A DNA stretch of 62,000 nt. Origin: Acanthaster planci (taxonomy: Eukaryota). Every line of letters starts with the position of its first letter. Position 1 is the stretch's first letter. The notes under the pieces are model-generated. The model ran no database searches. It was given only the letters and a program-made list of their open reading frames with translations, and was not told where the DNA came from. A program made the position numbers and the translations under genes. The DNA lies in contig NW_019091402.1 in the NCBI RefSeq assembly GCF_001949145.1, positions 2,108,001 to 2,170,000 on the forward strand, in the 5' to 3' direction. This document shows positions 24,401 to 36,300 of the stretch, one piece after another.

Positions 24401-27400
24401 TTTAAAATCATGATTTGGGTTTTATCTGATGTTCGATAAAGAAGCAAAATACTCAAAGCAAAAATTGGGGTTTGTTACAGTACTCACTAGTGTTGAGGTT
24501 GAGACCCTTGTAAGACCAAAGAGCCAATTCAATTGCAACAAGACCAGACACAAGACCGCCACCACTCACAAGTGACAGGGTGAATAATAACAAAAGAATA
24601 CTTTTGTTGCAGATCATTTGAATAGCTTAATTGTGAGTTGAATTTGGACCGGGCATCTTGTGTTAGTCTTACAGTGGTCTTAGGGGGTTTTGCGGTGGAG
24701 ACACAGTGGCGTAACTACAGGGCTAAATTTCCGGGGCACAGCCAAGGGTGAATGCATTTTTTTCAAGGGGGCACCACAAGAAAATAACTTGCCGCTGCAT
24801 TTTAATGGAGACTATTCACAGATTTCAAATGGGGGGCACCAGGGGTGGGGACAGAGTTACGCCACCGTGATAATAGTCTGGTTTTTGCTTGCACATGTTA
24901 TCGAATTTTTGAAATGTGATACACGTATAAGGGGTGAAAATTTATTTGGAAAGTTGCCAATAATCCTTTTTTACCAGGAACTTGAGATGGGACCAACGAA
25001 CTCACGTTTTCAAAGGCATGACATACACATTTTGCTTAAGCCTGAAATGCACTGCGTTTGAGCTGTAATTGTGCATGTACATTTTAAAACCCTCAGAAGT
25101 AATATTTCCAACTAACTGGGAAAGAAAATGCATGCAAGGAAAACGCCAGTTAATTTATTCGTATCTAATGACATGTATTAACATACCTGCATGGACAGCA
25201 GACCCACAGGAAAAACCTAATAGTCCACCTCCAAGAGTTTGCCACGCATCCGCCAGTCACGAAATCTGTCGACCCTTTCCAAATGCGCATTGAGTCAACA
25301 GATCTCGCGCATCGTGATTGGCCAACGCGTTGCAAGCCCTTGCAGGTGCACTATTGTGAATCACCCGTATTGTGTCAAAGAAATGACAGCTTTTTTTGTT
25401 ATTTTTTCTGAAAGTTAGGAATGTTTATTTTCAATTCCTGGCTGGTAATAAGATACCATATTTTCAACTTTACGCGGTTCATATACATGGATGCCCTCAG
25501 CGGTACCGATAACCAGTTTACATGATTACGACATTCATATATCGATATCTCAAACCATACTGTGACATTTCAGTGTCTGCTTTAGATTTCTGTGACGGCC
25601 TCGTCACGACATGGAGAGCATTTCAGTGTCCATCGTCATTTGTAAGACAGCATTCCACACTCCATGAATCACACTCTGAAATGGAGAACGAAACTTAGAT
25701 TGGTGGAGAAAAAACGTGCCAAGTCAGACTAGGATCAATACTTTTGGCCGAGCTGAAGTCATCTCTGCCTCTGAGCATAAGTCCATGCATCACTAGAGTT
25801 GTGAATTCACCAAGTCATGCACTGAGGCATGAAGTTTAAAATCAACAAATTGTAATACTTCTGGTCCTCTGGTCAGAGAAAACATGATAAATTTCCCTTT
25901 TTACAAAATGTTAGAATCTAGAAACGTTACTTTGGAGCACCAAGGTCTCTTATGAGTACACATTTCAGGGCAGGAACTTCACAGAGGCATCAGAGGCAAC
26001 TGCTTTTGCGCAACCTGTCTTTGCCTCAATGCCCATTGAAATATCCCCATAGACAAGTTGATTTTCTAATACAAGTGTCCTTACTTAGCTTTGCAAATGA
26101 GAAATTGCCTTGCCCCTTCAAGAATGAAATTCCTGCCCTGACATTTGTTTCTCTTCAAGCACTGCAGAGACTTTGTTGTGGGGGACTGATGCCGTCATTC
26201 CTGGTCTCAGGACAAGTCACCATGCACATACATGCACGTGTTGTGTTTGTTTTAATTCATTTTTTGGAGTACTTTTTACATTTTCACGATGAGGTCTGCA
26301 TGCCTAATTGCTTCCAAGTGGCAGGCTATTATTTGATCATAATGCTGTATGTTTGACAATTTTTTTTCAAAACCATTCAAATTGTCACGATATAGATTTA
26401 CATGGGATGGCAAATTGTGACATCCTCTTTCCGTAGACGTTAATATAGATCTGTCAGCAAATTGTCTCCAATTTAAGACGGTATTGAATGGGTAATTAAT
26501 ATCTGGATAAGAAGATTCTTGCCTCACCTAAACCAAACTGGTGGATACTTAGATTTTCTAAAATACAGCTAGACTCCAATATGGCTGAAAAAATTTACCA
26601 CAGAGAAAGTTTGTGTCAAACTAGTACGTGTACCTGCCCAGCAGAAGCGTGCGACAGCTACGGCGGTCCGCCAGGTTATTATGAGGAATTACATGTACAC
26701 ATACAGGTTAGCATGTACCCAAATTCAACAACACCAAAAAAGCACACGTACTCTGTTTTAATCCTGTTGGTTTCCATCTCAATGACAGAGACCCTAAGGA
26801 CAACATGGATATCGTCCTACGCGGGAACAATTACCTTCTGACCGACACCAGGCTGACCGACGCCGACATGCTGGCGCTCTACAAGACCCTGGCCAACAAC
26901 GTCTATGTGACGGGCCTGGACCTGCGGTACAACAACATGACAGACGAGGGCGCTGTACACATCAGCAAGTTGCTGGAGGTTTGTGGCCATGCATGAGATC
27001 ACCACAGTATCTGAAAGAGAAATAATGGTCAATCCACGCTCCGTGGGACATGAAAGGGAAAACAGAAAATTTAATCATCAACAATTGCTAGCTCTCATTG
27101 CGACTTTTACTTCTATCCAAACAAAGATTCACTGCTCCTTCACTTAAATATGAACCAATCAATAATGAGCTGGCACTTTCAGCTAGGCCTTAGACTCGTC
27201 AGCTTCATCAGTTCCAATTCAGCATTTCGATGTTTTGTTGTGTCTTGAAAAAGTGATTTTATATTTTTTTCATAGAAGGAATTAAGTCATCCGAAAACTT
27301 TGGGGTCCTAAAGAGAGATATTTTTGCTGTACCTGTCACACCTGACCTGTGTAACTTGGCGTAAAAATATCACTGAAATTGACTTCAACATAGGTTTATT

Positions 27401-30400
27401 CTCGTCACATGTAATTTGCATTGCTTAATCACTCTTGGAGATTAAAAATGTTTTTTAAACTTACAAAATCATGAGTCAGATGCGACAGAAACTAGAAAAA
27501 AATTGGACTTTGAATTTATGGAATGACCGTAGACAAATAAACGAGCCTGTAGATGAGACATGCTGTTTATTGAATTAATCCAGGAAACCTGTGCGCTACG
27601 GACCCTGAACTTGCAGAGCAATGACATTGGACCAGCTGGCGCCGAGAAAATTGCCAAAGCGCTGCAGGTAAGAGTTACTCGAGAGACTTCGGAACTGCTT
27701 CGTACTTGCACTTTTCCGTTTGCCTCCCTGTGCGCAAGTAAACTGTTGAACATAATTATATTGTGTTGGGGGGCTTTGGTTTCTCCATCAACCAGGTGAA
27801 TGAAACGTTGGTCTCCCTGAAGCTGAACGGAAACAAGATTGAGAACAAAGGTGGTATGTGCCTGGCTGGCTGCTTACAGGTCAACACAGCCCTCCAAGAA
27901 TTGGACATTGGAGATGCCGACTTGGTAAGTGTACACTTTGAGAGAGAAATTGTAAGAAACTCCCTTCATTACTTACTGTGGTGTCTTGAAGTACGGTTCT
28001 CTTTTTTCGTCCCTGTTCCAGGGCACTCAGAGCGTCATAGCACTTGCCACCATCCTCCATCACAACACCACACTCAAAGCACTCTGTGTCAATCGCTGCA
28101 TACTGTTCAGCCAACAAGAGGAAACCACGGTCCACATGTCCCTCATGCTCAAGGTAAAAACAAGACCTAGTAAAAACCAGACTTCTGGGTAGCTGGCCCA
28201 TTGTTTTAAACCCAGCTAACTGTCAATCAAAATAGATTTGCGACAAAATAATTTTCAAAATGGACATTGTGAACAGCAAAATTATGGAATTAGCGTGTTC
28301 ACAAAGGTTTGCCAAATTGCCTGTCGAGGCATTGGGCAGTAATTTTGGATTCTTATTTTTAAGTTACTTTGTGGACACTTGTATTTTGGAAATTTTATTT
28401 GAAGGTATTTATCATTGTTGGCAGCTGCAGTGCTGCTACAATGTGGTCAATCTCACAGCATGTAAAGGGGCTACACAGACAGACTCTGCCAAGGACATGA
28501 CATCAGACTGCAGAGTACAACCAGGGATCAAAAATGTTGATTTTTTCAGGAGGGAGGAAGACTGTATGAAAGACAGAGAAAAGCCCTCACAGCTCAGGAA
28601 GGAATCAACAAACAACTCTATTCACATATGTCTTAACCCCTTCGCGCCGGGACGCGGCAAGAGCCGCTGTAAAAATTGAGATCCTCAGCCCGATTTTCAG
28701 CTATTATTCTCGGCCCATGCTCCAGCGAACACGGTGAAAGAAGGCAGACCCTGGCTCTTGTATATATGGTAATTGGCTTTTGTGTAGCCCAGAAATGAAA
28801 AGACCAAATTTGCATCATAATCACCAGCTTCACAATAGTCCCCACTTTGAAAAGAGGCAACGGGAATGTGGAAGGGTGAGTAGAGCCGCATGCCACCGAA
28901 CAATCAGCCTTTTCACCGTGTAATTCAAAGCATGCAGAGCACGCTGGGCCACAAACCGAGAATTTGCAGTTTGGCAGGTGGCCTTCATGGCCAAGCGAGG
29001 CTTGAATTCTTGGAGTCGGCTTTTGGAAAGAAATCCCGTCGTCAAGGCATTAACAGGGAAATGAACCCAGGCCACAGCAGCGAGAGGCCATGCTGTTCAC
29101 GCTATAGTCACCCGTTTGAGAGACACAACTACAGTCTCAGTGCATATATCTCAATACTTGCTTAAAACTGACGTCCTTTCTTTCTTATTCAGGTAAATAG
29201 CACACTCAAGGAGCTCCACCTTCAAAAATGTGACATCCGAGATTTTGGAGCGGAACGTCTCGTGGAGGCCCTGCAGCATAACATCGCACTGACGTATCTG
29301 GATCTTGCTTGGTATGATCCATGTGGGAAAATGTACATGTACTAGACAAGCTATGGTCAAGAGGTTTAAGCTAGCACATAAGTTGAGAGGGTTTTAAGGC
29401 CACAAATTAAAAGGAAACACTTTTTTCTGCTTACTAGCTTTGCGTAGTAAGGCCAAGAAAATCAGTTTGTCTCAGGTCGGACGGATGTTCTGGAATTGAT
29501 GCAGCAAGGCGACTTTTTGGTTTCCCCTCCTCTCGGGTTGGATTGTACAGACAACTGCAGACCCACGTTGTCAAGTCAGGGAACTAGACCAGCTTTATTT
29601 CAAGCTTACAACAAACAACTCTGTATCCATAGTCTGCTATCGTTTAACATGGGGATTTATTGCCCTGAGTAAAAGATAGAGCTGCCCGCAAAAGTGTTGA
29701 GGCAGTGCGGCAATAGCGGGCGTTGTTGCAGCTCTCACAGAGAAAAAAAAAAAAATTGACGCTCATGCTTAATATCAACCCACTTGCTGACTACAGACAA
29801 AAGATTTTGGGGCCTAATGGCAGATGCAGGATTAATGGATCACTCTGTTAAATAATGGCCAATGCCTGATGACCTTGCAACTGGCACTCCCACTCCAAGA
29901 ACCATTCCATTTCCGTTTAGCACCTATGAATTAAGTACTCTAATGCTGCACAGTAGTCATAAAGGAATGTTCCTTGTCTTTTGCTGTCTTCTTGAAGCAA
30001 TCGCATCACGCGGGACGGCGCCAAGGCTTTCTCCAAGCTCCTCAAGCTAAACACTCCCCTGGAAATCCTGGACCTAGGCTTCAACAGGATAGAGGACGAT
30101 GGTGCGGTCAGCCTCAGCGAGGCTCTTATCTCCCTGAATTCAAACCTGAAGACGTAAGTTTTCAAGTGAGATTATCGCAGTTTGCCCAGCCACTATTCTC
30201 CGTGGTTGCTAAGAGAGAATGGTTTGCACAGGCCTTGAAAACCTAGAGAAGAATTTCAAACTTTAAATTCTTGTCCTTGACAAAAGTAGGCCAAATAAAT
30301 TGAATTTCAGCTAATACCATGAGCGTTTTCAGCAAGTTTATAAAAGTGCAAGGTCTCAAATTCACAAACCAAGACAATCTTGGCGACAAGCTCTGTGAAT

Positions 30401-31665
30401 ATCTACCTCTATGCCACATTCCTGGTCAAAACTTCAACTGTAAAGGCTGTTAATTCCTACTTCAGGCCGAAAGGAAAATGAAGTGACCTGGACGTCACAA
30501 AACATCAGCAGCAAAATTTACTTGGAGTTGAAATGTTTTCAACTTTGGCAAAGTCCCAGTGCCACTATTTGATCTGTGGTCACAAAATCCGACATTCATG
30601 TACGCTTCTGCAGCGGCCATGAACCAGCGCCGAGGCTATGTTTCGTTATGTAACACCCACGTAATAAATCAAAACGAAAAATTAGTATCAAATCATCTTG
30701 AAATACTCTGCAAACATTAGGGAAGACACAAAAGTCGAGTTATGAAAAACAAGTTACAAGCAAAAGTTCACCATGGAGTGTAGAGTGCCAAAACTCAAAA
30801 CAAGGCTTACCGTAACATTCTCAGGTTGGTCATAACTAGCAACAAAATTGAGGCTACCGGTCTGTGCGCCATAGCACGAGCCATGAACAACAACGCCACG
30901 CTGACCAGTGTCTTCATATGGGGCAACCATCTGGAAGAGCTTGCGTGTGTGGTAGGTAGCCAGACTTCATATTCTGGTGTCAGTGCACTGGCAATCCCTG
31001 AAATGTGGCACCAGGCTGGCAAGACTGTCATTTGCATAGTTTGTAAGACCATAGAGACATCTGAATTAATTGGTTTAGCCAAGAGTGGCAGTGTGTTCCT
31101 CTCAAAGTTTAGCTGCTTCAGCCACAAGGGTACCAGTACCGTTCTCCAACATGAGCTTCATCATTTTTACCAAAATTGAATCATCTTGTTGAGCTCGGGG
31201 AGTTAAAAACAGGGCCACATTCTGATTTTCAGCGAGCAAAAAGTGTTTTCCATTTGTTAACCAGTTAGCTTTCAACAACTGTGTAAGAAACACAACTGGC
31301 AACACTTCTAATAATGCCAAGGACTTACAAATAACAAAGTGACGTTTCACTCTAATTACTGACTCCATGCTGGCACAAACTTCTGGGGTTTGTGTCTGTA
31401 AAATCAACAACCATCAGCGAAACACTGCTAGTGTGATGGTTGCCAACTGGGCTCTTCTGCCGCGCCTTGTGCCATCAATTATTCATTCTCTCATTGTCCT
31501 TTTCATCAGGCATTTAACAGCCTGATAGAGTCCGGCCGACTGGATATGAAGAACACAGACGTCAAGCCGTACGTCGTCGACGGCCACGTTATGCTGGCCG
31601 AACTGAATCACGGCATCAGACGTCATTACTACTGGACACCGTTCTACGGTCCAGACGCAGAGTAA
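21402..31665 (+). CDS. LRRC34: Leucine-rich repeat-containing protein 34 (ribonuclease-inhibitor-like LRRs), about 402-408 aa
   Basis: Exons: 21402-21517 (MSDPSGVLKRYEDVCEEMGVKPTAFIMKVLEKE), candidate microexon 22355-22372, 26789-26978, 27584-27667, 27796-27924, 28022-28153, 29193-29311, 29998-30153, 30825-30951, 31510-31665. All are GT-AG and phase-consistent. RI-type LRRs include LDLRYNNMTDEGA, LNLQSNDIGPAGA and LDLGFNRIEDDGA. The C-terminus NTDVKPYVVDGHVMLAELNHGIRRHYYWTPFYG matches the recalled LRRC34 tail (NTDVEPFVVDGRVYLAEVSNGLKKHYYW). Confidence 0.92.
23592..23938. mobile_element. PIF/Harbinger-like MITE with internal TCAACCC/GGGTTGA palindromic subrepeats
   Basis: TAA|GGCCCTTTCCACACTAGA ... 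TGTAGTGTAAAAGGGCT imperfect TIRs; many internal inverted TCAACCC/GGGTTGA units. Confidence 0.65.
24704..24867. mobile_element. hAT-like MITE
   Basis: TIRs CAGTGGCGTAACT ... AGTTACGCCACCG with internal GGGGGCAC repeats; TSD not preserved. Confidence 0.6.
25219..25372. mobile_element. Palindromic MITE, same family as 13914-14060
   Basis: AATAGTCCACCTCCAAGAGTTTGC..TCTGTCGACCC..GTGATTGGCCAACGCGTTGCAAG..GGTGCACTATT. Confidence 0.7.
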
Positions 31666-32514
31666 AACCCACTCCACACCAAACCTCAAGAAAGTCTTAA
31701 CGGCCGCAGATATGGGATGCTATCCCGAAGTCGCTGGCTGAGGAAAATACATGGAAACTCTCATCCAAGTTGTACATTTGGGATTTCTTTTCACTGTTGA
31801 GACTAGTTACTTCACATTAAATTTTATCCATGTGAAGTGAGGAGTGAACAGGCTTCGAGGGATGGGGTACATGTAGGTTCGTTTCAGTGCTCGTCAATTG
31901 CACCATGTTTTGGTTAGATGCTCTAAGAATGGATGGGAATATGTGGTTTAGGCATCCAGTTGGTTGTACCTAGACAACAGAGCGAGCTAAGATCCTTGCA
32001 AGGTGGTGTAGCGAAAACATTTTTCCCGTTTACAAAAGCTTTCTTGCCTAATACATGTGCATATCACCCCCACCCCAAAAACAGTAACAAGTTTGACATT
32101 AGTATTCTCTTGTGAAAACTAGCTGGATTGGAAACTTTTGTTAATACTTAGAACTTTGTCAATGTTACCATTTTGCCAAAAATTTGAGTCATCACTTGAT
32201 GCTGTCAATAAGTTTATTTAAAGATGACATGCTTTTTGTTTTACCAAGCCCGCTATTCCATAACAAAAAGGCAAGATACGAGCTCTATACATTTACGCAA
32301 GACGCTTGTTTGGGACCCGTTGTAAATATGACACAGCAAATATGAATATTTGTGTCACTGTTCGTAACCACTCCTAAATGGAAGTCATTGAAAGAAAATG
32401 CACCGATGACCACCTCTCTAAATTATGTAAATAATTTATTTGTGCAAATGAATGTACAATTTCTCACTAAGAGTTTACTGTATCCTTTTCTTGCATCTTA
32501 ATTGAGTCTTTTGA

Positions 32515-32673
32515 GGCCGTCTACACTTTACACGAATTTGACATGTCAAACAAGTTCCATGTCACAAAACATGTCACACAGCGTGATTTGTTGAGAGTGA
32601 AAATGCATTTGGAAGTGACGAGGCCGTGACGTTATAAGCCTACAACTGCTTTCGTGTCAAGTGTGAACGGGCC
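32515..32673. mobile_element. Harbinger-like MITE in the LRRC34/RMC1 convergent 3' region
   Basis: TIRs GGCCGTCTACACTTTACACGAA ... TTCGTGTCAAGTGTGAACGGGCC. Confidence 0.6.
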
Positions 32674-33397
32674 CCATAATCTCCCATTCCGTCCAGTTCT
32701 CACTCAACCTTGTATATATTTGTGCTCAAAAGAATAAGACTTTGATTAGACTCTGATTTGATGCAGAGATTGAGTGTCCATTATTTCACCGTTAGTCATA
32801 ATCAGAAGAGATGTTAGATTAAAAAGGTGCAAAGGCAAAGTGAGAGTTATACAAGTTTGTCAAACAAAAATCACTGACATTATCAACAGAGGGTGATGTA
32901 TTTGGTATACACAAACTATGAACACTGAAAATGTTTCTATTTACATCAGAAATATACATCTACGGCCATTATTTCCATTGAAGAAAATTAGATATTTCAT
33001 TGCACACATTTAACTCGTGTATAGCCAACTTGCCTCATGTCAGTGGGATGTAAACGTCGTATAATAACTTTTTTATAACTGACATTCGACAAAAACTGAG
33101 TTACAGCTTAGTGCATCATTTCAAACTGGAAGGTTTCACTGTACCCTCATTTAAGGAACTCACAACTGGAGTCTTGATACCAGACCTTGGAATGAAGTAC
33201 AAACCTCATGTCAGACAGCTGTTATTTTTTCCTCTGTAACACAACAGCCTACAAGGCTTCACGTGACGTTCCTTCTCAGAACAGTCAGGTCCCTTTGAAG
33301 TGTTTATAAGCACTCCTCAGCATTACCACCACGTATTCAGGGTACTTGACCAAGATGGCCACAATACAAGAGACATTCCTCATGAGCGTGGCAGGTG

Positions 33398-36300
33398 TCA
33401 AGGTACTGGGGCCAGCGACTCCACACCAAATGTCACCTCAAAGTGTTTCACGTACTTCTCACAATGCTCACCTAGGAAAAAAAGAAAAAATGAAGGCCAA
33501 AACTGCTCTCACTTTGCTCAGTTTTGAAAAGGAAAGAGCTGTTGTCGAGGCCCAAGTCCGGCTCAACATGCAGTGCATTGTGGGAAAAATTTGACAGTTG
33601 TGGACACTGTAACATGGAACTCAGTTTGGCAACAGTTTTCAATTCTTTAGAAGTACGTGACTGAGCTCGTTGCCACGTCAATGAATAACTATGAATTTTA
33701 TTCTACAGAGCTTAGGAATTCATTTGCATTTGTGCAACAATTAACAAATATATCCACGGGCAAATATTTAATTGCATTAACTTCTTTACGTAAGAAATTG
33801 ACTGAAACTTGAAAAGTGGTCTCTTGGAGGCAAGCAGTTAGCAGAGAGTGAATACCCCTAAATTTTCAAGCTTACCAGGCATGAACTGCGGATGTCCCCT
33901 AAGCTTGATGTTCCTTTGCTCAAAGAACTTGAAGACTGTGTAGAACAGCATGCTGTTCGACGTGTTCAAGGCCGCGTCCAGGAATTTCCTCGCCGACGCG
34001 CTGTCCGCACCCCCGACGCTACGAAGGAACCGCAGCGCAGCAAGGAGCTGGTTTTTGGAGAGTAGCACCTCAACAATTTCTTCGTTGGCCGTGGTCACCC
34101 TCTGTTTTTGAAAGCAAACCAAGTATTAATAAACTGTCGTTTCTCGCAGATCCTTCAAGAGAGTATGAAGAAAGCGTGCAGCGATTTAAAATTGATCTCA
34201 GATGTGAGACGTCTCAAGATTTAATCTCAACCCTATCAAAGATCCTTCAAAATCTACTCGGAGGTTTTGGCAATTTTTATTCTGTGACTGGAATGGAGTC
34301 TATTGGGCTTAGTTTTTGAACCGGTTCCACATTACAGGACAGGGTACCCATAACCAACTAGACAAATCAATTTGTTTACTTGTCAAACAACGAAAGATCG
34401 GGAATAAGTTGGGAAGTGCTGCAGGTTGAGTACGTATAAATTTCCACGAGTATGAGTACTTCTGCATGAGTGCAAATTAGAATAAAAGGGCACCTTTTTT
34501 TGTGAGTGCGAGTATATTTTCATGAGTAGGAGTTTGAGCACCAAAACACCATTTACTCAGCTTTGAGTAGCTGTATGAGTCTGTGTTCCACAACACTGCT
34601 GCATACCTTGAGCATGTCCAGAGCCAGTTGGTGTGCTGGTGGGTAACAGCTCTCCAACGACAGCAGCAGGCAAGCGATGGGCTTGGAATCACTCAAGACG
34701 TGGTACTGCAGGAACTGGTGAAGCTGGTAGAAACAGTTGTGGTGCACCAAGGTGTTGATCACCAACTCGTACAGGAAGTGCTATGCAGGGGGGGGAAACC
34801 ACAAAGGTTGCAACGAAATTAGCCCTAACTGCGCTAAACCTGACAAGATTCTGTTCTACATTATGAGCAGACTTTGAACTTAGTCGGGGACAAAGAGTAT
34901 TGCTGTTACTTTTGTACTGATTAATCTCAAGTGACAGTTTCTGTCACCTGACTCATTTTAAATTGTGAACCGGATCAAGCAAAATGAGTCTTAAGGCCAT
35001 AGATTGTGTAAATCTGTTTTAGTTTATGTGAGAAAGAGCAAATTGAATCGTTTTGATGTGTCAGTTATTCTTGCATCTTGATGCCAATGGACAATTACAT
35101 GGGTGCAAAATGTTGAGGATTCCCATTTGTTGAAAGATTCTCTCAAAGACCTTTCACTCAAAAGTTGCTCGGGTGACTCCCGTCACTCGTGACTCACTAC
35201 GTTAGGTTGGATCATAATTGGGCCAGTATCTTCTGGCCAAAAAAGTTTCCCTGTCATTGAGGCTGGCGTGTTGTGAAAAAAATCGTAGCACCAAGTAAAC
35301 ATCTTGAGCAGCCAATTTTGCCAGCTCTTGATTCAAAGTGGCCAACTAAATGTATGAGGTATACACTACTGAAGACTCAAGTACTATTTTTGATACCTGA
35401 ACGGGAATTTGGTAATGGTTGAGCGATCGGATGTATTCAACCAGCACGGCGACCACAAACTTGTATTTAATATCCTTCCGCTCTGCCACTGGCGTCAGCA
35501 CATGCGTGTACATGTCCGACTGGTCGATGACGATCTTCTTGGCGGTGGGGGGTCTCGCAGCCGCTGCTCGGGGAGTTCCGCCACCCTCTGAGTTCTGTTA
35601 GCGAGGCAAAAATCCCCCAAAATTACTTTTCACGACATGCCCTAATACACGTCTGCAACTGATGAGGCCAAACTTGTTTCAAGTGCTCATCAGTGAAGCG
35701 TGGGCCCCCACTGGCTTCACTGGAAACTAAGTGCACATGTAATCAAAGTATGACGTTACCAGTGTAAAGGACTCCTACTTGTGAAATATGCAACCGATCT
35801 CCTAAAAAAATTGGTTGATATTCCCTGCAGCTAAAGCTAATCCTACCATGCTTAAGTAAAAATATATAGAACAGATTTCACAAAATACTGTAGTCTCAGA
35901 CAGTGGGCTTGGGGTTCATGCCTGACCTTTCAGATGCATCCTAAGTTCCGATACATTAAATCCTGAAATCAGTGTTTTCTGAAAGCAAGGTTTAGTTGGA
36001 AATTATCTACTTGGTCACTTAAATGCAGTCACAACCAAACATCCAAAGTCTTTCTATAAATTTGAAAACTAATTTCTTGTTTGTCCCTGTCATATTTGAG
36101 ATATGATTTTGTAAGTTTCTAACACGCCCTTTAATTTCCAAGAGTGATTCAAATTACCCTCCAAACAAATAGAATTAGTTTGATGTCAATTCCTGTCATC
36201 TTTCCACGTCAAATTAAACCGATCAGGCATAGAAATTTCAAGCTTTTGGACCCCAAATTTACAGAATACCCTAAACACAAGTTATCCATTCTCGAGTCGA

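Noticed and set aside
35387..35396. Donor GTATCAAAAA as a second U12 intron
   Set aside because: It lacks the CCTT of the U12 consensus, so it is treated as U2-type.
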